In this document: piece after piece, positions 39,841 through 49,498 of the stretch
Layout of the letters: every line of letters starts with the position of its first letter
How positions within the stretch are numbered: the stretch's first letter is position 1
Source of the DNA: an uncultured Planctomycetales bacterium
GTDB lineage: Bacteria > Omnitrophota > Gorgyraeia > Zapsychrales > JANLHA01
Assembly (NCBI GenBank): GCA_964450385.1
Contig: CAYVEC010000011.1
Location: 150 to 64,149, forward strand
Direction: 5' to 3'
Length of the DNA stretch: 64,000 nt
Notes under the pieces: model-generated
The model's database searches: none
Told to the model about the DNA's origin: nothing
What the model saw: the letters and a program-made list of their open reading frames with translations, nothing else
Program-made: the position numbers and the translations under genes

Positions 39841-40829
39841 GACGGGATCCGATCATCGGTCAGTGGGTTGTGGTCGCGGGCGACCAGGAGTCGCTCACGC
39901 CGAAGGCCTATGAACGGCAGGCCCAGCCCCGGGTCGAACAGGCGATCTGTCAGTTCTGTCCGGGCCGGGAGGGGAATACCCCGCCGGAGGTCGATGCGGT
40001 CCGTTTTGACGGGTCCGCGCCGAACGGGCCAGGCTGGCGGGTGCGCGCGGTGCCGAATAAATTTCCGGCGCTCAAGATCGAAGGGGCGCTTGATAAGCGG
40101 GCCGACGGTCTCTATGATATCTCCAACGGGATCGGGGCCCACGAGATCGTGGTTGAGACCGACGATCATCAGCGCGACCTGGCGGACCTCAGCCCCGAAG
40201 AGATCGTGTTTGTGCTTCGGCTTTACCAGAACCGGGGGAATAACCTGGCCAAGGACAGCCGGTTTAAATTCATGATGGTCTTTAAAAACTACGGAATCGC
40301 GTCAGGCGCCTCGATCGAGCATGCCCATTCGCAGATCATCGCGCTCCCGATGGTCCCGAAGCTGGTGGGCGCGGAACTTGACGGCGCCCGGAACTATTTT
40401 AAATTCCGCGGCCGGTGCCTGTTTTGCGATATCCTCGAGCAGGAGATCGAGGACGGGGACCGTGTTGTGGTCCAGAATGACCGGTTTATCGGGTTCTGTC
40501 CGTATGTGCCTCGGTTCCCGTTCGAGCAGTGGATCCTGCCGAAGGAGCACAATGCGGATTTCTTCTCTCTGGCTGAGGGCGATCTCCTGCCGCTTGCCGG
40601 GATGTTGAAGCAGATGTTGGTGCGGATGAAACGGGTGCTGAACTGCGCCTATAATTTTTACATTCATACCGCGCCGATCGGGGATAAGGATAAAGAGATG
40701 TACCACTGGCATATTGAGGTCGTGCCGCAGCTCGTGCGCGTCAAGGGATATGAGTGGGGAACAGGTCTTTATCAGGTGCTGACATCGCCGTCGGTGGCCG
40801 CCGGTTACCTGCGGGATGTTGAGGTCTAG
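39828..40829 (+). CDS. Galactose-1-phosphate uridylyltransferase-like HIT-family protein, paralogue 2 (intact HAHSQ)
   Basis: CQFC zinc motif. EHAHSQIIALP nucleotidyl-transfer motif. 13-nt overlap with paralogue 1. Confidence 0.75.
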   Translation: MPELRRDPIIGQWVVVAGDQESLTPKAYERQAQPRVEQAICQFCPGREGNTPPEVDAVRFDGSAPNGPGWRVRAVPNKFPALKIEGALDKRADGLYDISNGIGAHEIVVETDDHQRDLADLSPEEIVFVLRLYQNRGNNLAKDSRFKFMMVFKNYGIASGASIEHAHSQIIALPMVPKLVGAELDGARNYFKFRGRCLFCDILEQEIEDGDRVVVQNDRFIGFCPYVPRFPFEQWILPKEHNADFFSLAEGDLLPLAGMLKQMLVRMKRVLNCAYNFYIHTAPIGDKDKEMYHWHIEVVPQLVRVKGYEWGTGLYQVLTSPSVAAGYLRDVEV

Positions 40830-40852
40830 GACAAGGAAGACAACAGTATTGA

Positions 40853-41860
<1,008 letters not shown>

Positions 41861-41887
41861 GTCTTCGGTTATGAATGGGTTAGATAA

Positions 41888-41919
41888 GGGCAGATTCTTC
41901 GGAATTTGCCCTTTTTTTT
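41888..41919 (+). terminator. Rho-independent terminator after gap
   Basis: GGGCAGATTC-TTCG-GAATTTGCCC hairpin followed by TTTTTTTT. Confidence 0.8.
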
Positions 41920-42028
41920 ATGACCTCTATATGTTATACTTCTATTATCATAGCTGAGGAATCGACTTTTTGATTATGCTCCCTGCCCGCTTTTTGAAAG
42001 GGGCCCTATTTTTTGATGAAAGGACATC

Positions 42029-43783
42029 ATGATGCAGAATGAATGGCGATTAACCCGTGCGGGCCAGGTGACGCTTGAGAACGCGGTGTTGGGGATCCTC
42101 GTGACTATGGGGGTCGTGATGATGGCGGGATATCTGACGCGCGCCATTAACGCGTATTTTCAGACCGGGAGCGAGCAGGTGCGCGAGTCGTTCGCAGAGC
42201 GGATCACGCAGGCCCCGGCGACCGGGGAGGGCGAGGACCTCTGTCTTGGCTGTAAAAAGGTGGATGAGGATCAAGGTTGCGCCGGAGAGAGCCATGCTCA
42301 ATGCCAGCCCTACCAGTTGGTGAAAAAAGAGTGGGATTGCGGGGACATGCCGGAAGAGTTTTGTGGAAAGACGGAGTATGCTTGTAGCGATGAGTCTGCG
42401 CCGAAGAGATTATGGTCAGAGTGTGTTGCCCAAAATCAGGGGGCCTTGCCGTTCGGGACGAGGATCCCGATCAATCCCTATTTTTCAGCGGACGATTCCA
42501 AGAATCGTTATGATGGGTGGGCTGGTTGCGGATATACGTGTTGTACAAAGCCGGTTCGGGGATCGAATGCTGATTGTAAAAAAGTTGGTAAGACTTGGTA
42601 CCGGCTGATGACGCGTTATTGCGGAGGGACCGCGCCAGAGAATAACCAGTCGTTTTATGAGGAAGATGAGAGCTGTGGGTTCGCATGCGGGACAAAAATT
42701 GCTCGCTCGGTCTGGTGTCCGGGGTCGCATGATTTTGATGCCTTGACAGATTCAGAGCTAGCGGCCCTCACCCCAGGTCAGGTGAGCTATTTGCCCAGCC
42801 AGGGGTCTTTGGCGAATGAGTCTAATATTGACGATGCATCTGCATTAGGAACGATCTGTGGAGAGAGGCCGATTTGTAAGGCGGTGTGCATGGAGCCGAT
42901 GGTGGTAAAGGGCGTGGATAAATGCACCTGCTCGCAATGGGTCAAGGCAACGCGCTCCACCGAGGCGCATTGGAAGATCACTAAAGTGAGATGCGCCCCG
43001 AAGGAGAAGAATGACTGTGAGAAGGGCAATAAGACGTTTACCAAAACAACTACAGGGATCTGCGCGTGTCCGAACACCTGTACGGACGAAGATGCGTGTT
43101 CGGGGCTCATTGCCTCGGCCTCTTTTCAGAGCAAAGATTATTGTGAAGAAGTCGCAACAGTCTATGATGGGATTCTGCAACCGTGCAGTGATAGCGACGC
43201 AAAGCCTGCTATGCCGGGATGGGTGACTTCCGGCCAGGGTGTGACGGGGGTGTATTTAAATGATTTAAAAAATCCATCGAATCATAAGACAAAGGGCGTT
43301 CGATTTGATTTTACCCGGCCAGGGTATTTTTCTTTTGCGCCGTGTTTGCATAAAGAAGATGATGGATGGGCAAAGAAAGAAGCAAGTATTGATTATCTTC
43401 GTAAATGTCAGGGAGAAAAATATAGCGGGAAGACCGTGTTAAAAGATTCCGTTCGGCTGTATTTTACTCCTTTCGGAAAGCCCAAGGCTGGTAAGGCTTG
43501 GTCTTCGGATTTTTTTGAACGACGTGTTTTTTGTTCGCGTAGCAATTCAGGGGACTGTCGTGGGGACTTCGAACAATACTTTCCCGTGAGCTCCCATAAA
43601 ACAAAACCGGTCTCGCCTGATTTATTTACGCGTGTCCGGATCGGAGGAAACAAGTCGGCCTTTTTCTTAAGCGGGTATGATGGTGAGTGTAATGAGCCCG
43701 GCACGATCGCGGACCTTGTCATCGAGAGCGTGATCAAGATGGACAAGATCGGCGACGGCCTCGGGCCTATGGACTTAGAATGA
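42029..43783 (+). CDS. Large cysteine-rich secreted/pilin-like protein with class III (prepilin-type) N-terminus, function unknown
   Basis: N-terminus ...RAG/QVTLENAVLGILVTMGVVMMAGYL has G at -1, E at +5 and a hydrophobic helix. More than 40 Cys, including repeated CGxxCxTK. GC roughly 50% against ~62% in neighbours (by eye). Confidence 0.6.
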   Translation: MMQNEWRLTRAGQVTLENAVLGILVTMGVVMMAGYLTRAINAYFQTGSEQVRESFAERITQAPATGEGEDLCLGCKKVDEDQGCAGESHAQCQPYQLVKKEWDCGDMPEEFCGKTEYACSDESAPKRLWSECVAQNQGALPFGTRIPINPYFSADDSKNRYDGWAGCGYTCCTKPVRGSNADCKKVGKTWYRLMTRYCGGTAPENNQSFYEEDESCGFACGTKIARSVWCPGSHDFDALTDSELAALTPGQVSYLPSQGSLANESNIDDASALGTICGERPICKAVCMEPMVVKGVDKCTCSQWVKATRSTEAHWKITKVRCAPKEKNDCEKGNKTFTKTTTGICACPNTCTDEDACSGLIASASFQSKDYCEEVATVYDGILQPCSDSDAKPAMPGWVTSGQGVTGVYLNDLKNPSNHKTKGVRFDFTRPGYFSFAPCLHKEDDGWAKKEASIDYLRKCQGEKYSGKTVLKDSVRLYFTPFGKPKAGKAWSSDFFERRVFCSRSNSGDCRGDFEQYFPVSSHKTKPVSPDLFTRVRIGGNKSAFFLSGYDGECNEPGTIADLVIESVIKMDKIGDGLGPMDLE

Positions 43784-43897
43784 CGGGGGGCTGGAACGAG
43801 TTGCCGCAGACGTTGCCTTTTGCGGATCTTTTCTGCGTCGCGCGCGCGAGGCGAGCACCCCGAGCAGAGCGAGCAGGTTTAGGCTTAGGCGTGAGGG

Positions 43898-43925
43898 TTG
43901 AAATTTTCCTCGGTCATGCTATAAT
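43898..43925 (+). promoter_or_regulatory. sigma70-like promoter TTGAAA-16 nt-TATAAT upstream of tRNA-Pro
   Basis: TTGAAA at 43898-43903, TATAAT at 43920-43925. Confidence 0.6.
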
Positions 43926-44004
43926 GCGCAGCATTCATCGGCTGTGCAGATCCCAGTAATAAGTTCCGGGGCTTCATCAGCCGGTGTTCACGACACATCG
44001 TATT

Positions 44005-44081
44005 CGGGAAGTAGCGCAGCTGGCTAGCGCACGTGCTTTGGGAGCATGGGGTCGGGGGTTCGAATCCCCCCTTCCCGACCA
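44005..44081 (+). tRNA. tRNA-Pro (anticodon UGG), CCA encoded
   Basis: Manual cloverleaf: acceptor CGGGAAG/CTTCCCG, D arm GCGC-AGCTGGCTA-GCGC, anticodon stem CGTGC/GCATG with loop TTTGGGA, T arm GGGGG-TTCGAAT-CCCCC, 3' ACCA. Confidence 0.85.
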
Positions 44082-44154
44082 AATTTTTATTTGAACGTCC
44101 GGCGTTCTTAATCGAGGGGGCTCCTCGCGAGATGTTCATTGATCATTATTCATC

Positions 44155-44979
44155 ATGTTCATGAACCGTCAACGGTGGGACGACATTCAGCGCTTGTTCC
44201 GCGACCCTGAAACGCGGCGCCGGCTCCGAGGGGATCCGGTCCAGGCCTTCAGGCTCCTGCGCCTGATCTGTTCGGCCCCGGTCATCATCGGCGGCTGCGG
44301 ACGCTCCGGGACGTCACTTTTGCTCTCCATTTTGTCGAGCTGTCCGTCTTTATTCACCATTCCTCACGAAACCACGGCCCTGTGCCCGACGGGGTATGGC
44401 CGACGCATTCGGGAGTATCGTCCATTGAAGGTTCACCACATTTATCAGCTCTTGGCGGGGCAGAAGATCAGCCGGGGACAGCGGCGGTGGTGTGAAAAGA
44501 CACCGAAGAATGTGCTTTTTTTCGGCCGTATCCTTTACTATTTCGGTCGGGGGGCGAGGATCATCCATATCATCCGTGACGGCCGGGATGTCGTGACCTC
44601 GCGCCACCCCCAGGCGCCCGACAGGTTTTGGGTGCCCAAAGAGCGCTGGATCGATGATGTGACCGCCGGTCTGGTTTATGAAGGGCACCCGCAGGTCTTG
44701 ACGATCCGGTATGAGGACCTTGTTCTCAGGCAAGACGCGACCCTGGGTCGTATCATTTCTTTCATTGGTGAAGAACGTTATGCGCGCTATATTCTTGACT
44801 GGTATGAGCATGCCCGCATCCGTCAAACCCCTTCGATCTCACATCCGGCTCTCGAAAAGATCCATGAGCGGTCTGTCGGCCGCTGGCGGGATCCGCGGTA
44901 TCATGCTGTGGTCCAAGAGATCATGGGTGACCCACGGGCGGTCGCGCTTCTTAACCGGCTCGGATATCTCGACGGTTGA
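44155..44979 (+). CDS. Sulfotransferase family protein (PAPS-dependent), copy 1
   Basis: 5'-PSB loop GGCGRSGTSLL. 3'-PB motif IIRDGRDVVTS. Confidence 0.75.
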   Translation: MFMNRQRWDDIQRLFRDPETRRRLRGDPVQAFRLLRLICSAPVIIGGCGRSGTSLLLSILSSCPSLFTIPHETTALCPTGYGRRIREYRPLKVHHIYQLLAGQKISRGQRRWCEKTPKNVLFFGRILYYFGRGARIIHIIRDGRDVVTSRHPQAPDRFWVPKERWIDDVTAGLVYEGHPQVLTIRYEDLVLRQDATLGRIISFIGEERYARYILDWYEHARIRQTPSISHPALEKIHERSVGRWRDPRYHAVVQEIMGDPRAVALLNRLGYLDG

Positions 44980-45027
44980 GGCCGGGCAGTTTGAGCCTTT
45001 TTGACCGCGGCCGAGAGCGTTTTTCCG

Positions 45028-45056
45028 TTGTAAGCGTTGAGACTTTGGTTTATAAT
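45028..45056 (+). promoter_or_regulatory. sigma70-like promoter TTGTAA-17 nt-TATAAT upstream of sulfotransferase copy 2
   Basis: TTGTAA at 45028-45033, TATAAT at 45051-45056. Confidence 0.5.
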
Positions 45057-45166
45057 ACCCCTCACTTATAAATAATATTATTAGAATTTAGCCTGTTTTC
45101 TCTTTGAGCTGTATCTGCTCAATTACTAAGGGTTTGTGTCCTGTCCTGTCTGATAGAGGGGAGACC

Positions 45167-46186
45167 ATGCGTGACCGAAGACTGATCATGATCTTGGGTT
45201 TTGTTGAGTACACCGGCACGAATTATCTGCGCGATCTCCTGTGTCTTCACCCCGAATGTTTTCGAACCCAGGCCGTGGAAGAGGATCGGGTCCTTTTGGG
45301 CGCGGATCTCCTCGAAGAATATCAACATCGTATCTATGACCGCCCGGTCAAGGCTGTTGCGGAGCAAATCTGTTCGGCCCTGCCTCCTGATGAATTTTTT
45401 TTAAGCATGGGCGAGGGGCTCTGTGATTTTCTTCTGAAACAGCCAGTGCAAAAAGGACTCGTTCCGGGGCAGGAGGGGAAGCAGGACCGTTTGCCCCCCG
45501 GAGCGCGGCTTGTGACCAAGACCCCATCAACCCGGAATCTCGGGTTCTTTTTTAAATTGTTTCCCGAGATGCCGCTCTTGATCATTGTCCGGGACCCGCG
45601 TGACGTGGCTGAGGCCGGGGCCGTGGGGTGTGGCTGGTCCCGTGAATGGGCGTTGCGCACATGGGCGGCTCGGGCTCGGGAATTTCAGGTTTTTGAGGAG
45701 GCGCATCCCGAGTATCGGGATCGATATCGCGTGATACGGTATGAGGACCTCGTTACTGACCCTAAGTCTGGAATGAGCGGGGTGTTGGATTTTTTAGGGC
45801 TTGATGCCGCGGTCTATGACATGGACCAGGCCCGCGCCCTTCCGGCCGAGGGGGTGTCTTTTTTTAAAGGCGAGGGCCGACCCGATTCGGCCGCGACTGG
45901 TAAAGACCCGAGATTCGATCCGGGAAATCAGTATGGCGGCTTGACACGGGCCATGCATGAGCGGTGTGATTGGATCGCCGGTGACGAGATGCCCGTATTT
46001 GAATATGTGCCTAATCCGAGGACGAGGGTTCGCGGTTATCGTCGATTCTATCAGCGCATCCTGGACTTTGGGTGGGATCTTTGGCAGGGTTGGCACCGAT
46101 GGCATGGGGCCTGGGATCGAAAAAAGAGGGCGATCCTGTCATCGCTTCGAGGGATGGCGAGCGGAAAAACAGAGGGGGGGCGATGA
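45167..46186 (+). CDS. Sulfotransferase-like protein, copy 2 (degenerate 5'-PSB loop)
   Basis: IIVRDPRDV 3'-PB-like motif. 5'-PSB position reads EYTGTNYL (no basic residue). Track ORF begins at 45104; ATG 45167 chosen (RBS AGAGGGGAG). Confidence 0.65.
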   Translation: MRDRRLIMILGFVEYTGTNYLRDLLCLHPECFRTQAVEEDRVLLGADLLEEYQHRIYDRPVKAVAEQICSALPPDEFFLSMGEGLCDFLLKQPVQKGLVPGQEGKQDRLPPGARLVTKTPSTRNLGFFFKLFPEMPLLIIVRDPRDVAEAGAVGCGWSREWALRTWAARAREFQVFEEAHPEYRDRYRVIRYEDLVTDPKSGMSGVLDFLGLDAAVYDMDQARALPAEGVSFFKGEGRPDSAATGKDPRFDPGNQYGGLTRAMHERCDWIAGDEMPVFEYVPNPRTRVRGYRRFYQRILDFGWDLWQGWHRWHGAWDRKKRAILSSLRGMASGKTEGGR

Positions 46187-47133
46187 AACCGATTGTTTTT
46201 ATTTTGGGGATCTCGGCACGCAGCGGGACCAATTATCTTTTTGATCTATTGTCGCTTCATCCGGGGTGCCTGGCCGCGCCGATCATTTTTGAGGACTATG
46301 TCTTTTTTCATGCCGACCTGTTGCGCGCCTACGCGAGGGAGACGATTAGTCATTGGAGATCCAAGACGCCGCGAGAGGGATATGCCCGGATCGCCAGCGA
46401 GAATAATCTCTGCCTCTGTCTTGGCGAGGGGATCCGCGCCTATTTATTATCACAACTGTCTCCGCAGGAACGGGATGCCCTTGGGGAGAGGATGTTCGTT
46501 ACCAAAACGCCCGGGGTGGTGGGGTTAAGCGAAGTCTTTCGTTTTTTTCCTGACGCCCGGGTCATCCTCGTGATTCGTGATGGCCGATCAGTGGTTGAGT
46601 CGAGCCGGCATCTTCTACAAAAAGGATTTGATTGTTTGGCCACGGGTTGGAATTGGGCGGCGGGCGAAGTCCTGCGGTTTCAGCGTGATTATCAGGGGCG
46701 TGCGGACCAGTTCCGTATTGTTCGGTATGAGGACATCTTCCGTGATGTTGAGGGCGAGATGAGAAAGATCTTTCAGTTCTTGGGTCTTGACGCCGAGTGC
46801 TATGATTACGGCAGGGCCAGGACGTTGCCGATCCGCGGGTCGTCTTTTGCCCTCGGGGATGGGAAGACAGAGATCCATTGGGTCCGTGTTCCGCGCCCCG
46901 CGGATTTTGATCCGATCGAGCGGTGGTCTGGGTGGTCTCGAGCCGAGCATGAGCGGTTCAAATGGTTCGCCGGCCGTCATCAGCTCGCGCTCGGTTACGA
47001 GCTTAAAGAGTTCCCCGCGGCCCGGTGGCGATGGGCGCTGTGGAACGCGTGGCAGAATACCCGGCATTGGAGCGGGTTTAAGGCATTATGCCGCGAGATA
47101 GGACGGCGGTTCCGTCAGGGCGACTGGCGGTAG
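46183..47133 (+). CDS. Sulfotransferase family protein, copy 3
   Basis: ISARSGTNYL 5'-PSB. VIRDGRSVVES 3'-PB. ATGA overlap with copy 2. Track ORF begins at 46072. Confidence 0.7.
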   Translation: MKPIVFILGISARSGTNYLFDLLSLHPGCLAAPIIFEDYVFFHADLLRAYARETISHWRSKTPREGYARIASENNLCLCLGEGIRAYLLSQLSPQERDALGERMFVTKTPGVVGLSEVFRFFPDARVILVIRDGRSVVESSRHLLQKGFDCLATGWNWAAGEVLRFQRDYQGRADQFRIVRYEDIFRDVEGEMRKIFQFLGLDAECYDYGRARTLPIRGSSFALGDGKTEIHWVRVPRPADFDPIERWSGWSRAEHERFKWFAGRHQLALGYELKEFPAARWRWALWNAWQNTRHWSGFKALCREIGRRFRQGDWR

Positions 47134-47148
47134 CGAGGAGAGAGGGGC

Positions 47149-48177
47149 ATGATGAGTTGGTGGGAATCCCGGCCAGTGTTTCGGGCGCGGCAGGCGGTTA
47201 AGACCCGGTGGGCGCACATGAGGATGCGGCATTGTTGCGGCCCGGAGAAGGTCGGTTATGGGCCCGCCGAGGCCGCGGTGTGCTGTCTGGTCCGAAATGC
47301 CGAGCCGTGCCTCGATGAATTCCTAGATCACTATCGGCGGATAGGGGTCCGGCATTTTTTCTTTTTGGATAATGGTTCGGACGACGCGACGTTGGCCGTG
47401 CTCGCGCGGGCGGGGCGCGATGTGACGGTGTTCGAGTGTCGACTGCCGTTTAAATATTTTGAGTGTGAGATGCGCCGGGCCCTCATGGAGCGCTGTTGTC
47501 CGGGCCGGTGGTGTCTCAATGTTGATTGTGATGAATTGATCGAATATCCTTATTCAGACCGTCTCGGCCTCTCCGGACTTCTGGGCTATCTGAATCGTCA
47601 TAGGTACACGGCTGTTGTCGGCCATCTTGTGGATATGTTCGGACCAGGGCCGTTGAATGAGGGGGGCCCTCAGGCGTGGCGGCAGAGGGCGTCGTGGTAT
47701 GATCTATCGGCGGTGCGTGAGCAGCCGTATATGACGCATCGGTATTATTGTGGAAAGAATATCATGCCTTCGGAGACGCTTCCGTTTTTTGTCGGCGGGA
47801 TCCGAGAACGCGTTTTTGATGGCGCGGCGGTCTGGCTGACGAAACATCCCCTGGTCAAGGTCGGTTCGGTGCGATTGGTCACCAACCCTCATTTTGTGGA
47901 TCGGGCGCGTGTTGCGGATATCACCATGGCGATCCGTCACTATACGCTTGTGAATGGGTTTATTGATAAAGTCCGGAGGGTCATGGCGACCTCGGCTGTG
48001 GCGGATAGTTATCTTTGGGAATATGAGAGATATTCTTCGTCGCTGTCGCAGCGGGTTCCGGAGCCCCTGGATCCTTTGACTGCCCGGCCCTGGGCGGGCT
48101 GGCGGCCTCTTCGTGAGAAAAAATTTCTAACCGTTTCGCCGGCGTTTGAGGCATGGGTGGCTGTGCATGGAGCGTGA
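47149..48177 (+). CDS. Glycosyltransferase family 92-like (Glyco_transf_92/DUF23-type) protein
   Basis: CLVRNAEPCLDEFLDHYRRIGVRHFFFLDNGSDD resembles the GT92 core motif. Strong RBS. Confidence 0.5.
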   Translation: MMSWWESRPVFRARQAVKTRWAHMRMRHCCGPEKVGYGPAEAAVCCLVRNAEPCLDEFLDHYRRIGVRHFFFLDNGSDDATLAVLARAGRDVTVFECRLPFKYFECEMRRALMERCCPGRWCLNVDCDELIEYPYSDRLGLSGLLGYLNRHRYTAVVGHLVDMFGPGPLNEGGPQAWRQRASWYDLSAVREQPYMTHRYYCGKNIMPSETLPFFVGGIRERVFDGAAVWLTKHPLVKVGSVRLVTNPHFVDRARVADITMAIRHYTLVNGFIDKVRRVMATSAVADSYLWEYERYSSSLSQRVPEPLDPLTARPWAGWRPLREKKFLTVSPAFEAWVAVHGA

Positions 48178-49498
48178 TATACGAAAACGAACGATCGTGG
48201 TCGTTTCTCTGGTCCCAACGCATCCGGTGATCTCAGGCAACCGTCAGCGGGTCTATTATATGCTGAGGCACCTTCAGGCCGGCGGTTATCGGGTGTGTTT
48301 TGTCTATCTCCAGAGCTGTCAGGAGGAGCAGCCAGGGCATATTGAGGCGATGAGGGCCTGCTGGGATCGGGTCGTGGTTGTGCCGTACCGCTGGCCATGG
48401 GAACGCGAGGCGGACCGGCGATGGCACCGGGGTTTGAGGGGGCTGTGTCAGTTTTTGATGTATCATGGGACGATCCGGGGTACAGATTTTTTGAAATGGC
48501 TGCTGGGTAAGCCGGTCTATTTTTTCTGTCGAGATCTTTGGCGCAACGGCTCGCTTGACCTGTGGTACGATGAACGGATCTCGGCGGGGCTGGCGCGCGT
48601 AGCTGAGGAGGAGAGGCCTGAAACGGTGATTGTTGAATACGCGGCCTTCGCAAAGGCCCTGGACCATTTTCCCGGGGCACGCAAGTTTATTGACACGCAT
48701 GACATCCTCGGCTTTCGAAATCAGCGGATGCTGTTAAAAGGCGCGCCTTCGTTTTGGTTGTCGCTCTGGCCCTGGGAGGAACGCCGCGGGATCCGTAAGG
48801 CGGACACTGTGATCGCGATCACGCCGGCGGACGCCCGATATTTTAGGCGCCAGGGGGCACCGGACGTCACCGTGATCGGGCACCTTGTCCCGCCGCAAGC
48901 CAGTTTGGAACAGGGCTCAGAGAATCGGCACCGCATTCTTTTTTTGGGCTCGATGAATCCGAACAACGCACGGGCCCTTCGATGGCTCGTGAGCCGCGTT
49001 TGGCCGAGGGTGATCCGGAGGACCCCAGACGCCCAATTGGTGATTGCCGGTGGTGTCAGTCGAGGGGCCGCAGGGTTGCCTGATGGCTGCGAGATCGTAG
49101 GCCCCGTGGATGATCTGGCAGGTCTTTACAGGCGTTGTGACATTGTGGTGAACCCCGAGATCTGTGGCACAGGGGTCAGTATTAAAAGTCTCGAGGCTGC
49201 AAGCTTCGGTTGCCCGCTTGTGACGACACGGATCGGCGCCCGAGGACTCGAGGCCTTTGAGGAGGCCGGGGCCATCGGTGTCGTTCGGTCGTCGGGGGCG
49301 TTTGCTCGACGGCTGTCCGATCTTATTCTGGATCCTGCGGGGAGAAAAAGCCTGGGTGCGAATGCGGCGAGAATGGCGGCCGTATATTATACGGATCAGG
49401 CGGCAGAGATGGATCGAGTCTTTCCACCGGCGGGCCGAACCAGGGACCGTGATGACAGGGGGCAGTGTGCGGATCGATATCATTACACCGGTGTATAA
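48167..49498 (+). CDS. Glycosyltransferase family 4 (GT-B, group 1) with low-complexity C-terminal extension
   Basis: EAASFGCPLVTTRIGARGLE EX7E motif. The last ~25 codons overlap the next gene and are Arg/Asp-rich. Confidence 0.7.
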   Translation: MERDIRKRTIVVVSLVPTHPVISGNRQRVYYMLRHLQAGGYRVCFVYLQSCQEEQPGHIEAMRACWDRVVVVPYRWPWEREADRRWHRGLRGLCQFLMYHGTIRGTDFLKWLLGKPVYFFCRDLWRNGSLDLWYDERISAGLARVAEEERPETVIVEYAAFAKALDHFPGARKFIDTHDILGFRNQRMLLKGAPSFWLSLWPWEERRGIRKADTVIAITPADARYFRRQGAPDVTVIGHLVPPQASLEQGSENRHRILFLGSMNPNNARALRWLVSRVWPRVIRRTPDAQLVIAGGVSRGAAGLPDGCEIVGPVDDLAGLYRRCDIVVNPEICGTGVSIKSLEAASFGCPLVTTRIGARGLEAFEEAGAIGVVRSSGAFARRLSDLILDPAGRKSLGANAARMAAVYYTDQAAEMDRVFPPAGRTRDRDDRGQCADRYHYTGV

